Source of the DNA: Octopus vulgaris
Taxonomy: Eukaryota
Length of the DNA stretch: 64,000 bases
Assembly: GCA_951406725.2 (NCBI GenBank)
Contig: OX597821.1
Location: 76,136,001 to 76,200,000, forward strand
Reading direction: 5' to 3'
Part shown: in pieces, positions 37,771 to 52,269 of the stretch
Position numbering within the stretch: the stretch's first letter is position 1
Layout: each line of letters begins with the position of its first letter
Made by a program: the position numbers and the translations under genes
Notes under the pieces: model-generated
Database searches by the model: none
Told to the model about the DNA's origin: nothing
What the model saw: only the letters and a program-made list of their open reading frames with translations

Positions 37771-38563
37771 GAATATAAAGTTGGAAAATCTTTTCTCTTT
37801 CACGTCTCTCAAGTCAGTTCTTTATTTTTATTTTTTCTTTACCTATGTAAACAAATAGTTGTATCAACGTTGCTCTCTTGTTCCTATTAATAATATTTTA
37901 TCACCAGAATTGTTTCAGAATTTTGTTACTTTATTCAACAATAAACTGACATCTGTTATTAGGACAGACTGTTGCAGCTGGTGACTCGGTGGTTCGTGTT
38001 AACCAACAGCACAAGCGTGAATGCTTGTTCGAGGCATAAGGCTTTCTACCTTACTGTCACAAGGTAGTTCATTCTTCCATATATATATATATATGCCCGA
38101 GACTGTTGTGACTTCTCAAATGGCCCACTTCACTTGGTTGTAAATAAGGTTCATTCCGAGGTCCAGCGGAGGAGGTTAACTTAGCTGTGGTTGAGACCAC
38201 TGTTTCCCGAAGTGAGATACCAGACCTCCCAGGGTACCATGAAAATATTTTGTAGTACCACAAACAAGGAGTCTTTCAATGAGATTTAACAATTTTTTAA
38301 GTAAAAAGGATATTTAACCTTTCAAAAGAGCGCCATTTTATACATTTTTATATGAATAGATTATCTTCCTAATATTTTTTTCTTTTTAATTGTCTATAAA
38401 ATTTAGGTTAATGTACTGCGATTATTTGAAAATCCTATTTAGATTATATATAATCATTTAGAGAGGTAGGATTTGTCTGTAAGTTATAGATGTGAGTAAC
38501 ACGATTATTTGAAAATCATCCAAAGTTACCACGACGAAATAAGGTTAGAAATTTTATAATATT

Positions 38564-38797
38564 AGGCGTGGTTTTGTGGTAAGATGCTTCCTTCCCAGCC
38601 ACAGGGCTCCGGGTTTAGTACCACTACGTTGCAGCTTGGGCAAGTATCTTCTACTATAGCCTCAGGACGGCCCAAGACTTGTGAGTGGATTTGGTAGACG
38701 AAAACTGAAAGAAGCCCGTCGTATATGTGTGTGTGTGTGTGTGTGCGCGCGCGCGCGCACGCGCCTTTGTGTATGTCCCACACTACCGCTTGACAAC
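38564..38797 (+). mobile_element. Family B SINE, 5' part
   Basis: Head and core match; breaks at CGCTTGACAAC. Confidence 0.8.
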
Positions 38798-39569
38798 AAT
38801 AGTTGCCCGCCGAAGGAACCTAAGGCTTCGGGAGGCGAGGGAAAGTCTCCGGACAAAGCGGAAGAGCTCCACTCTCCCGAAGCCAGGAAGAAAAGAAAAA
38901 AAGAAAGAAGAAGAACGGGTCATCTCAGCAGGGAGATGATGTGCCGACTGCATGCCCCGAAGTTGTGCCACCCACGGTGGAAGATACCACCCCCACCCTT
39001 AAAGATGATCAATTAATTATCTTTTTCTACAAGGGCGGGGAGGTGGAAAAAATAGTAGAAGAACATAAAGAAACAGTAGATATGCCCTTCACACGGGATC
39101 CCGAATGGCCTCCGCAGATAGCTGTGGAGGTCATAAGGTTTCCCTTGTGGGAAAGGCTTAAAGGATTTTGGGAGGAGTGTCGCATATGGCCGGGTGGCCC
39201 TTACACGACTTACATGTCCTACATGAGTGAGGCATGGGAAATGGCGGGATACAGGAACTCAAGCGGCATTGAAGATATCGATGGATATATCGAAGAGTAA
39301 GAGGTGAAAGACCCTCGTTACAGAGTTTGAAACCTCACCTTTTTGGACTATTTTGTAGAGGTTTTAGTGCCTCCTCTTTCTAAAAGGTTTGAAACCTTAT
39401 ATTGATTTAAGAAAAAAAAAAAAGAAAATATGTTTTCGAGAAAAATCCAATCGGCGGGTGTTGGGTTTCGTCTCTCATTTATTCATTATAATTCATTTTC
39501 ATTCATTAATGTGTTTGTCCAGCCCGCAAAGCTCTTTGTACTGTCTATATGACAAATTTATGAAATAAA
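38798..39569 (+). mobile_element. GC-richer insert encoding the C-terminal part of an ORF1-like protein, with 3' UTR and AATAAA
   Basis: Reads CPPKEPKASGGEGKSPDKAEELHSPEARKKRKK, then a frameshift in an A-run, then KKKNGSSQQGDDVPTACPEVVPP...IRFPLWERLKGFWEECRIWPGGPY...DIDGYIEE*. About 270 nt of UTR ends in GAAATAAA. The insert sits between SINE copies. Confidence 0.55.
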
Positions 39570-39730
39570 GTAGCTTGCTTACCAGCCACATGGTTTCGGA
39601 TTCAGTCCCACTGTGTGGCACCTTGTGCAAGTGTCTTCTACTATAGCCTCGGGTCGATCAAAGCCTGGTGAGTGGATTTGGTAGACAGAAACTGAAAGAA
39701 GCCCGTCGTATATATGTATATGTATATATA

Positions 39731-39772
<42 letters not shown>

Positions 39773-39992
39773 TGTTTGTGTGTCTGTGTTTGTCCCCCCC
39801 CCCCCAACATCGCTTGACAACCGATGCTGGTGTGTTTACGTTACCGTAACTTAGCGGTTCGGTAAAAGAGACCAATAGAATAAGTACTAGGCTTACAAAG
39901 AATAAGTTATGGGGGCGATTTGCTCGACTAAAGGCGGTGCTCCAGCATGGTTGCAGTCAAATGACTGAAACAAGTAAAAGAGTAAAAGAGTA
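39570..39992 (+). mobile_element. Family B SINE
   Basis: Near-consensus copy lacking the first 20 nt or so. Confidence 0.88.
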
Positions 39993-40540
39993 ACTCCGAA
40001 ATAGCAGAGTCCACTTGGCTGCAGAAAAGTACCTCGAAATTGTGCAAGTCGATGTTGTTCCAATAAAATGATTTTAGAAAAAAACTATTTCCAAAGTTTC
40101 TTGGACTCAGGCCAAATCTTTTTGCCTGCGCAGCTGCATGCATTTTCTGTTCTTACTGCACTTTACAAAATGTAATCGTCAAAGGATCAAAGGTTTTTAA
40201 AGATAGATTAGAATGTACAAATGGATGGAGGTGATTATCCTTTAATTCCGTGACATCCGTGAGTAAGCAAACACTAACAAACCAATTTAATATATCAGTC
40301 TCTTCAAATTCTCAAGCCAGTGGTTACACGTGGTCCAGATCTGCTGAAAATACCAAGTAAATTCCTGTCAAATCATTCGCTGTTTTAAATGAGAAAAAAG
40401 AAACACTTTAGATAATATGGTCCTACATAGTTTGAAAAAAGACGATGTATCATGACTGGAGTAGCTTTGATCTAACTTAATATTGGGCTGAAGAAATATA
40501 TAAAAGCCAGAATATGTATTTTATATAACTAATGATAAGG

Positions 40541-40769
40541 GCGGCGAGCTGGCAGAAACGTTAGCACGCCGGGCGAAATACTTCGCGGAATTTCGTCTGC
40601 CGCTACGTTCTGAGTTCAAATTCCGCCGAGGCCGACTTTGCCTTTCATCTTTTCAAGGTCGATTAAAAATGGATCAGTTACACACTGGGGTCGATATAAT
40701 CGACTTCATCCCTTTGTCTGTCCTTGTTTGTCCCCTCTATATTTAGCCCCTTGTGGGTAGTAAAGAAAT
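40541..40769 (+). mobile_element. Family A SINE with a target-site duplication
   Basis: Full-length copy; TATATAACTAATGATA occurs on both sides (about 40522-40537 and 40771-40786). Confidence 0.9.
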
Positions 40770-42170
40770 GTATATAACTAATGATACAGCTAGTGTTGCT
40801 CCTTTGCTATGCCTTCGTGTTTTAACTGTAAAATTTCTGTTTTTATGATAACAATGTCAACAGTATTTTAAATGAAGAGAGATTTTTTGCCTGCAATTGT
40901 GACAGAAATGAATAGAAAAACTTGTCTTCGTCAAAGCGCCAATGAACTAAGTGTAAACTTTTGTCTTAGCACAAAGAAAAGTATCTAAGGACTGAACTGA
41001 TTTGACCTCAACCGAATTTTGATAATCCAACCGAAATATGTGGTAGAAAACAAATCAAACATGAAAATCCAATGAGCCGTGTTCTAAGCCATTTTGGTAA
41101 TGTGTTTTTGCTGGACTAGAAACAATTTTTAACTGATTCACCTTAAAGATTTTCTCATTGTTTCCTTCTATCATATCATCAACACTCTGCTCCACACACA
41201 ATCACTGCCGTTCAGGTTGGCCAACAAACATACAGAACGGAAACGGTGAGCGCAGCCACACCCCCTTTAGTTATATAGAAGAGAAGGTAACTGTGTATAA
41301 AGTGTGTACTTGTGTTCAGTGCAGGACGCCGTACATAAGTATTCTGAAAGCTAGTAAAATATTAATGAATTCAAGCCACACCGCTATTACCACGTCCATG
41401 GCTTAGTGACAATCTATTGTTGTGTATTGAGCAGCCATCACCTGCAGGTGGCATCTGTTCGACTTTGTGAGAGACGGACATAAGACAATAGTTGAAGGAT
41501 CATAAGGGTCGTTGGTTGTAACGATGAAATTAAGATGCAGGCAAGCATATTCTGCTAACACTTCGCTTGTAATAGTACATTTAGTGAATCAGAGTAAAAT
41601 AGAAAAACATAACAAGGAGACAATGGTGTAGAGTAGAGGGAGAGAGAAGGAGAGGAAGAGGAAGGGAGGAAGAGAGAGAAAAACTGAACAGCTAAATGTA
41701 TTGTTGCGCGAGTTAATATCAAACTGTCAGAAATGTAAAGTTGGGAAACAAGAAATAAATAAGAAATAAAGGAGAAATTATTCTGAAATTTTATGCGAAA
41801 TATATTTTATTTTTGAAAATACTCTATACTTTTGTTAGTTTTGTCACGGATTGAAATGGTCTGACAGTGAAAGCAGGAAGACATATGTGAATTATTGATA
41901 ATAAAACTTTAAAACAAGAAAATAAACAATTGATGTTGGAATTGCCTGAACATATACACCGGTGATAATGTTTTCTTTATTTCAACAATAATGATTTCTA
42001 ACATAAGCACAAGGCTATACATTGTCTGAGGGAGATTGGGTAGGTTTGCCAGACTCGCCGAGATTAACGCTTACAAGTTAAAGGGAGGTAACTAAAGGTC
42101 GTTCCAAGGCTGTTTTGCCGCTTCAGCAGAAAGAAAGATGTTCTTCACTTCATGATAATAATTATTATTA

Positions 42171-42721
42171 TTTCTACTCTAGGCACAAAGCTATAAAAAA
42201 TTTTGGGGGGGAAGGGGGCGCTTAGTTCATCGACCCCGAAAGGATGAAAGGCAAAGTCGACTTCAGCGGAATTTGAACTCAGAACGTAGCGGCAGACGAA
42301 ATACCTATTTCATTACTACCCATAAGGGGCTAAACACAGAGAGGACAAACAAGCACAGACAAAGGGATTAAGTCGATTTTATCGACCCCAGTGCATAACT
42401 GGTACTATTTAATCGACCTCGAAAGGACGAAAGGCAAAGTCGACCTCAGCGAAATTTGAACTCAGAACGTAGCGACGGACGAAATACCTATTTCTTTACT
42501 ATCCACAAGGGGCTAAACACAGAGGGGACAAACAAGGTCAGACAAAGGGATTAAGTCGATTACATCGACCCCAGTGCGTAACTGGTACTTAATTTATCGA
42601 CCCCGAAAGATGAAAGGCAAAGTCGACCTCGGCGGAATTTGAACTCAGAACGTAACGGCAGACGAAATATCGCTAAGCATTTCGTCCAGCGCGCTAACGA
42701 TTCTACTAGTTCGCTGCCTTC

Positions 42722-42786
<65 letters not shown>

Positions 42787-43865
42787 CCTTTCTACTACAG
42801 GCGCAGGAGTGGCTGCGTGGTAAGTAGTCGGCTTGCCAACCGCATGGTTCCGGGTTCAGTCCCACTGGTGGCACCTTGGGCAGGTGTCTTCTACTATAGC
42901 CTTGGGCTGATCAAAGCCTTATAAGTGGGTTCGGTAGCCGAACTGAAAGAAGCCCTCGTATATATATGTGTGTGTGTTTGTGTGTGTGGTGTGTGTTTGT
43001 GTGTCTGTGTTTGTACCCCCAACATCGCTTGACAACCGATGTTGATATGTCTACGTTCCCATAACTTAGCGGTTCGGCAAAAAGGGGACCAATAAAATAA
43101 GTACAAGGCTTACAAAGTCCGAGGGTCGATTTGTTCGATTAAATGCGGTGCTCCAGCATGGACGCAGTCAAATGACAGAAACAAATAAAAGAATAGCCTG
43201 AAATCTGTGGAGATATGGGGGCTCGTCGATTTCACCGACCCCAGAGCTTGACTTGTGGTTGTTTTAACGCCCCCAATATTCAACTGGTACTTATTTTATC
43301 GAATCCTGAAAGGATGAAAGTCGACCTCAGCGGAATTTGAACTCAGAACGTAATTGCAGCTCTGCATTTTGTTCTGTGCTGTACATATATATGTTTCTTT
43401 ATTACCCACAAGGGGCTACACACAGAGGGGACAAACAAGGACAGACAAACGAATTAAGTCGATTACATCGACCCCAGTGCGTAACTGATACTTAATTTAT
43501 CGACCCCGAAAGGATCAAAGGCAAAGTCGACCTCGGCGGAATTTGAACTCAGAACGTAACGGTAGACGAAATACCGGTAAGCATTTCGCCCGGCGCGCTA
43601 ACGTGTCTGCCAGCTCGCCGCCTTTAAAATATCTTATAAGTATCCTAGAGGGTGTTTATTCTTTTATACTTATATTTGTTTCAGTCATTTGCTTGCGGCC
43701 ATGCTGTGACACCGCCTTTAGTCGAACAAATCGACCTAAGGGCTTATTCTTTGTAAGCCTAGTACTCATTCTATCGTTCCCTTTTGCCGAACCGCTAAGA
43801 TACGGTGGTCGTAAACACACCAACATCGGCTGCCAAAACCATGGTCGAGGGACAAACACACACAC

Positions 43866-43904
<39 letters not shown>

Positions 43905-44483
43905 CGGGCTTCTTGCATTTTCCATCTGCCAAATCCATTCATAAGGCTTTGATGAGTCCGAGGCTACAAGTAGCACACAGTTGCCTAAGGTGCCACGCAG
44001 AAGGACTGAACCCGGAACCATGTTGTTGGGAAGCAAGCTTCTTACCACACAGCCATAACGAGAATCATTGAAAGGCTTTGTTTTTATTGATGTTTTATTA
44101 GTTCTCTTTTAACCAATTCCAATTTTTAACCAATTCCAAGGCGTTGAGCTGGCAGTAACATTAGCACGCCGGGTGAAATGCTTATCGTTATTTCATCTGT
44201 CTTTAAGTTCTGAGTTCAAATTCATCCTTTCGAGGTCGATAAATTAAGTACCAGCTATTCACTGTGTCGATATAATCGACTTAATCTGTTTGTCTGTCCT
44301 CTCTGTATTTAGCCCCTTGTAGGTAGTAAAGAAATAGGTATTGCATCTGTCTTTATGTTCTGAATTCAAATTCCGGCGAGGTCGACTTTGCCATTCATCC
44401 TTTCTGGGTTGATAAATGAAGCAGCAGTTGCGTTCTGGGGTCGATCTTATTGACTGGCACCCTCCCCAAAAATTTCGGGCCTT
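42171..44483. mobile_element. SINE cluster: multimeric family A (42171-42720 -), family B (42800-43195 +), A (43270-43623 -), B (43660-44056 -), A (44139-44483 +)
   Basis: Consensus matches to the two SINE families in alternating orientation. Confidence 0.85.
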
Positions 44484-44869
44484 CTATTTCTGTTTCGTTG
44501 AGACGTGTTGATTCCTCTCGCAACATTTTTGTTCACATTTTTAAGATAAATATAACTGGTTGTTTGATCTACGAGAAATAATAACTAAATTTCCCTCAAA
44601 TCATATATTAAAAAAGGTTTATGATATGTCTCATTAACAATGAAGTTTGCTCAACTGGAAAGAAACGTAAGACGATAATGACTGGTATGTCATTAATCAT
44701 TAATCATAAATCGATCAGAAAGAATTTGATCTATCAATAACAATTGTTTGCACTTACATGAGGGCCACTTAGAAATATTGATAGCAACGGAGTATAGACG
44801 AATTCGAAGACCCAATTTATGGTACATATATATATATAACTTAGGTAACTTAGATATATTTCGACCAAT

Positions 44870-45244
44870 GATTGGTCCAGGCCATATCTAACTTAATAGC
44901 ACCACCTGATAGGATTATTTGAATTCTGTTTAAGTCAAGTTTTGTTTATGGTCCATTCAAGTAGTGAGCTTTTGTTGGGTGAGTTGTATCCAATTATGGG
45001 TGGCTTATCTGGTATTCCTTGAAGGAATCTATCCAGACTCCGTTTAAAGTTGATGGGATCCTGTTCCTCTTTGGTCTCTTTTGGGACAATGTTAAATAGG
45101 GCAGGGTCTGTTGAGGAAAAGAAATGATGTTGTAGTGTACATGTAGGCTGTGATCTTGAATTGGGCAGGTGACGTATGGCTCGTGGTACCAGTCTTGGAT
45201 GAACCTTGAAGCTAATGTTCAGGTCGTTTGGGCAAAGTTGGCGG

Positions 45245-45245
<1 letters not shown>
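44870..45245 (-). mobile_element. 3' end of a CR1/L2-group LINE
   Basis: [35 protein letters not shown] matches the P.LFN.LP...FK..LD.FL..IPD.P terminal motif. A related fragment lies at 48136-48410. Confidence 0.65.
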
Positions 45246-45322
<77 letters not shown>

Positions 45323-45353
45323 GTAGGTATGTATGTACGTATGTATATATACG

Positions 45354-45447
<94 letters not shown>

Positions 45448-45597
45448 ACTTATAAATAAGGGCAAACGAAAAAATTTCTAATGCCAAATATGCCGAAAAA
45501 TTGGACATATTGTCCATTTACCATATAATTTTTTCCCCAGTACGCACGCTACTCGAAAGAAATCCGACAGAAATTTCTAAAAAAAACCATTATTACC

Positions 45598-45653
45598 ATA
45601 TCGGACCGATTTCAGGGTTAGTTCAAAAAGAACCCTCCCTTCGTCAGTGATAC
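45598..45653 (-). ncRNA. Minimal type I hammerhead ribozyme motif (copy 1)
   Basis: GTATCA CTGACGA AGGGAGGGTTC TTTTT GAACTAACCCT GAA ATCGGT C CGATAT, with one mismatch at the base of stem I. Confidence 0.7.
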
Positions 45654-46080
45654 ATGTGGCAAAGAAGTAGATGAGATACTTACTCATACCCATGGAAGAA
45701 GCAAACGCTAAGTCATGAGCACAACTAAGTACCCCAAATAAATCCAAAATAGAAATACTACAGCCCGTTCAAGACACGTGCGATTTGGACTGAAGCACTC
45801 ACAGAGTGGGAGAGTCCGGAAGTGAACACTATTAAATTTATATCTAATGCAGGATAAAATTTTTTCGAAAAAAAATTTTTTATCAATGGCCAGCATATTA
45901 AAAAATACCTTTAAAGGTTAAATTATAAACAACTTATAAATAAGGGCAAACGAAAAAATTTCTAATGCCAAATATGCCGAAAAATTGGACATATTGTCCA
46001 TTTACCATATAATTTTTTCCCCAGTACGCACGCTATTCGAAAAAAGGCCAACAGAAATTTCTAAAACATCCATTATTACA

Positions 46081-46136
46081 ATATCAGACCGATTTCAGGG
46101 TTAGTTCAAAAAGAACCCTCCCTTCGTCAGTGATAC
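46081..46136 (-). ncRNA. Minimal type I hammerhead ribozyme motif (copy 2, intact)
   Basis: GTATCA CTGACGA [stem II AGGG..GGTTC/GAACT..CCCT] GAA ATCGGT C TGATAT: 6-bp stem I, self-complementary AUCGGU stem III, canonical GUC. Confidence 0.8.
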
Positions 46137-46321
46137 GTGTGGCAAAGAAGTAGATGAGATACTTACTCATACCCGTAGAAGAAGCATATATATATATATA
46201 TATATGTATATAAATATATATATATGTATGTATATATTTGTATGTATATATATATATATATATGTATGTATACATACATACATACATACATATATGTATA
46301 TATATATATATATATATATAA

Positions 46322-46490
<169 letters not shown>

Positions 46491-46638
46491 TGTATGTATG
46501 TATGTATACATACATATATATATATATATATATACAAATATATACATACATATATATATATTTATATACATATATATATATATATATATGCTTCTTCTAC
46601 GGGTATGAGTAAGTATCTCATCTACTTCTTTGCCACAC

Positions 46639-46816
<178 letters not shown>

Positions 46817-47586
46817 AAAATATATATATATTATCGAAAAAATATTTGCTCATATTGCCGTTGATGTTTCCTACCTTAGCTTTTCTGACGTTGTTCTTCT
46901 GCAGCAGATTTTATAGTTGCAGCTGATGACGACGATAATGATGACGACGATGATGATGATATTATTACTGTTGCTGCGGCTGTTGCTGTTGCTGCTGCTG
47001 TTGTGATTCTTATCAGTTTTATATATATTTGTAAATACTGCTATTTGTTCTTACGAATTGTTCTCGATGGCATTTTTATTGCCGTTAACATTTTCCATTG
47101 TAATCAACATTATCATTATCGCTGTTGTAGTTGTTATTGTTATTGCCATTGGCCATGTACAAGGAAATGTAATGATTACTTTTTCCTTCTTACTTTCTTT
47201 TCTTAACTGTTACTGGCATATAAACCATAATGAGATGGCTGTGTTATTGTGCCTGCTCTATTGCCTATCTGACCCTCTTCTCAACATGATTACGACGTTT
47301 AGATCAAACCTGATAACATGAATTCACGCAGAGTTAATACTTGAGGTATTTAAATATTAATATCACAATTTTTACATTCCCCCCTCTTCTCTCTATATAT
47401 CCTACTTGCATGTTTTCCGATTCTCAATTGACGAAAAAACAAAAAGAAAAACAAAACAAAAACAAAACGATTTGCATGCTGTTGGGTTCATAGGAGTGCA
47501 ATGAAGATTAGAGACACAAAACGTCAGGTGTTCTTATTTTCTGACACCCCAATACAAACGCAGACACATACATCTTGTGTATGGAA

Positions 47587-47713
<127 letters not shown>

Positions 47714-47720
47714 CATAGAC

Positions 47721-47774
<54 letters not shown>

Positions 47775-47775
47775 G

Positions 47776-47835
<60 letters not shown>

Positions 47836-48135
47836 GAGGGGGAGGGTTATGAGAGGTAAGGGTGTCACTGAGACCCAAAGGTGTCAGGTAATGCTGAGTA
47901 AGTGCTATGGATAAACCATAGTTAAGCTCCAGGATCGGTGAATATGCGAATAGACCTGATATATATGTGTGTGTGTCTGTGTCTGTGAGTGTGTGTGTGT
48001 GTGTGTGTGTATGTGTGTGTGTGTGTGCGCGCTGCGTTTGTGTGTGTGTATACATACATACATTTTTGTAAAATCAGTTTCAGCTCAGAGCTGTGGCCAT
48101 GCTGGTGCACCGCCATTTTGCTACGATGTTATTAT

Positions 48136-48404
48136 TTAGAGCCTTCTCTGGTATGTGGCATTTGATGAATAAGATGAACCAGGTTCATATGGGACTCTCG
48201 ATAGGAAAAGATCAAGTTTTGATCTGAAAACATCTACATCCACTTTGTATGTGTCCCTCAGGCTCTTTGAGAGAATATTACAAAGCTGTGGTTCTCTCGA
48301 AACCCAGGCTGTTGCAGTAACTGGTCCTGAAGCGCGATTGCATTGCTGGGATCTTTGGTACTCTACAGCAGCGACCCGTTCTGGCATTTGTACAGCCTTG
48401 GATG

Positions 48405-48410
<6 letters not shown>
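48136..48410 (-). mobile_element. CR1/L2-group LINE 3' fragment
   Basis: PQLCNILSKSLRDTYKVDVDVFRSKLDLFLSRVPYEP motif. Confidence 0.65.
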
Positions 48411-48460
<50 letters not shown>

Positions 48461-48927
48461 AAAGTAAACGCATAAATGAGAAATAAGGTGGGAAAAATAG
48501 TACTCGAATACCGAAGGTATTATTATTAAGAATGCAAAAATTTCACAAAAATATCACAAAAACTGCAACTCAGAGTTTCGCTCAAAAGGGAACGTGTAAC
48601 TCTTTGTAGCAATTTTTTGTGGTATATTTTTGAGGCCTTTGCAGGTTTAGTAATAATAAATCATATATATATATATATATATATAATTATATATATATAT
48701 ATATAAAATTATAAATTAGGGTATCTACGAGATACCACCATGCTGATAATAGCGGCCATGATCTGACTTTAAACCCACCTTAATTGTCCATATATCAACA
48801 CGGAAAGAAAACAAAGAGACAAGATGAAACTAGTAAAAAATTACTGGATAATTCTAGATCCTGGATTTCTGACTTTGCCTTTAGGAATGCTTTGCCTCGT
48901 CAGTATAATACACACAGAAGAGATACC

Positions 48928-48958
<31 letters not shown>

Positions 48959-48999
48959 ATATATATCTTGGAAAATGTGTGAGATCCTTGGTACAGTTG

Positions 49000-49175
49000 A
49001 GTATATTTGAAAGAAGAAAAAAGATGACCTCACTGGTAGTTTTAATCAGTTTAATTTATTATTTTTTAATTTTTTAATAATAACCTAAATGTTTATTATT
49101 AAAAAATTTAAAAAATAATAAATTAAACTTATTAAACCTACCGGTGATGTCATTCTTTTTCTTTTCCAAAAATAT
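49000..49175. repeat. AT-rich foldback of about 170 bp
   Basis: GATGACCTCACTGGTAGTTTTAATCAGTTTAATTTATTATTTTTTAA pairs with TTAAAAAATAATAAATTAAACTTATTAAACCTACCGGTGATGTCATT. Confidence 0.8.
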
Positions 49176-49189
49176 GCATCTATATATAT

Positions 49190-49580
49190 AGGAGTGGCTG
49201 TGTGGTAAGTAGCTTGTTTACCAACCACATGGTTCCGGGTTCAGTCCCACTGCGTGGCACCTTGGGCAAGTGTCTTCTACTATAGCCTCGGGCCGACCAA
49301 AGCCATGTGAGTGGATTTGGTAGACGGAAACTGAAATGAAGCCCGTCGTATATATGTATATATATGTATGTGCGTGTATGTTTGTGTGTCTATGTTTGTC
49401 CCCCTAGCATTGCTTGACAACCGATGCTGGTGTGTTTATGTCCTCGTTACTTAGCGGTTCGGTAAAAAAGACCGATAGAATAAGTACTGGGCTTACAAAG
49501 GAATAAGTCCCGGGGTCGAATTGCTCGATTAAAGGCGGTGCTCCAGCATGGCCGCAGTCAAAATGACTGAAACAAGAAAA
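49190..49580 (+). mobile_element. Family B SINE
   Basis: Near-consensus copy. Confidence 0.9.
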
Positions 49581-50507
49581 AAGAAAAAGAAAAAGAATAT
49601 ATATATATATAAAAGCAAAATTAATAGATATATATATATAAATATTATATATAACAAGGGCGCTTTTTTTAAGGACACCAGCTTTGCTGAAAATAGGAGT
49701 CAGGACACTGCAAAGCCACAAAAGTTAACATTATATTTTCACAGCCGTGGTTGGAAGAAAATTAAGTGAAATAAGGATTGTGTTTTACCTCTGCAAAATT
49801 GCAAGAAGGAATCTCAGGTAACTTGATATCATGATTTCGAATTTAGCGCCAAAACACGCTTGCTTCTTCTCAGTCAAGTATACTAGTAACAAACTCCTAT
49901 ATCCTTTCAGCCAATGCCTGTGTTCGCTTCAGTGTCCAAGCTGCACTGAAACAAAACGAATCAAGAGAATACAATTTGTTTAAATAAAAATATATAAACA
50001 ACATTAATACTCGTGAGATATATTGATGTAAGCGGCCGCAATCTAAAACCGTATCGGCAAAATTAATAGATATATATAAAAGAGTCATATATAACAAGGG
50101 CGCTTACATATATGTATATAAATCTCTTTAACTGAGAAGCTATAGTGACTACAGGAGATAGAACTATTATCCAGTGTAGTTAAATTATCATACCTATCAA
50201 ACTTACTATATGCATGTGTATGTGTGTGTGTGTGTATTCTGTTATTCTTTTATTCTTTTTTTATTCTTTGGCATGTTTCAGTCATTTAGACTGTGGCCAT
50301 GCTTGAATAACACCTTAAAGGGGTTTTAGACGAAGCAATCGACCCCCAGGACTTATTCTTTGTAAGCTTAGTGCTTATGCTATCGATATCTTTTGCCGAA
50401 CCGCTAAGTTACGCACCAATATCGGTTGTCAAGTGATGGTGAGATATGAACACAGATGCAAGCACACAAACACATAGAGACACACACACAAAACGCGCAC
50501 ACACGTG

Positions 50508-50554
<47 letters not shown>

Positions 50555-50674
50555 TTAATGCGTGAATGTGTGTGTATGTGGGTAAATATATGTATATAAA
50601 TGTGTACATGGTATATATAAGTTTACATATAAATACATACACACACACACATATATATACATACATACCAACAT

Positions 50675-50725
<51 letters not shown>

Positions 50726-51448
50726 ATAAAATAATGTTTTCGTATGTGTGTGTGTGAGTGTGCGTATAAGCATGTATAAAAAGGACACAAATGTGTAATT
50801 TCTCTGGGAGTGTGTATGAGTGTATTCATATATGTTTTCTAATGTTTTCCTATACAAAAATTCTACCAAAACAACTTTCGAAACATTCAACTGATAAGTT
50901 TAATCTTTATAAATTATTTTGAAATTATTTCATTACATTAAACCAATTTACGAAATTTATCCGAAGAAATGCTTTCCATTCTAGGGTTATCCAGTCTTCG
51001 ACATACCATGCAGTTAGTTTTTCAAAAGAATTGTTCGTATTTTGTCAGGACTTGTAATAAACTGCATTAACCTTTAACACAATACTTACCTATCAAATGG
51101 GGAAAATAAATATGGTTCATTTACATTAAATTATATATATATATATATATTGTCTCTCCGTCACTCGATTGTCTTGGCTATTATATTTGCCGAATTTTCT
51201 CCTGCAAATTCAAACCATTATTTCTTCAACGTTATTGCTAAAACACTTACATCAATTTCGAAATTCAGTGATTCGATATATCCAGTGAAGTTGTTGCTAA
51301 ACGTAACATTCACAATTACACAAATAGAAAACGCTGTTAACTTTTTTTAAAATTACAACTACATCTCTGCATCAATAATTTTATAGAAAATATTCCTGTA
51401 TTAATCAGTTAAATCATACATCGTTCAAATAGGTATAAATATGTGTGG

Positions 51449-51484
<36 letters not shown>

Positions 51485-51545
51485 ATGTATATCTATCTAT
51501 TTATCTATCTATATATATATATATATGTATATCTATCTATCTATC

Positions 51546-51654
<109 letters not shown>

Positions 51655-51881
51655 CAGGACGAAGTGTAAGAATGCAGAAGACCAACGACCTGCTAGAAAT
51701 AAGAATTAAGGTCTTAATTAAACAACTGATTATAATTTATAGCTAAATAATGTTTTTGCCAGCGGACCACCTATGTTACTACTGAATTAAACAAATTTCC
51801 ACAGATGATATTAACAGTTGTGACATCTTATTTCAAACCTTAGTGTTTGAATATTTCGTTTACACACACACACACACACAC

Positions 51882-51927
<46 letters not shown>

Positions 51928-52010
51928 TAGAAAATAAAATCACCTTTTATCAATTCAATAATGAAAAATTAAATTATACCACCTAAAAAATTACATATAA
52001 TGTTCCCTCA

Positions 52011-52051
<41 letters not shown>

Positions 52052-52063
52052 GTTTTATATATG

Positions 52064-52099
<36 letters not shown>

Positions 52100-52129
52100 T
52101 ATACACGTATAATGCATACGCATGCGCAA

Positions 52130-52167
<38 letters not shown>

Positions 52168-52221
52168 GTATATATATGTATGTATGCATGTATCTATATA
52201 TATATATATGCATGTGTATAC

Positions 52222-52254
<33 letters not shown>

Positions 52255-52269
52255 AACGTATACATGCAG

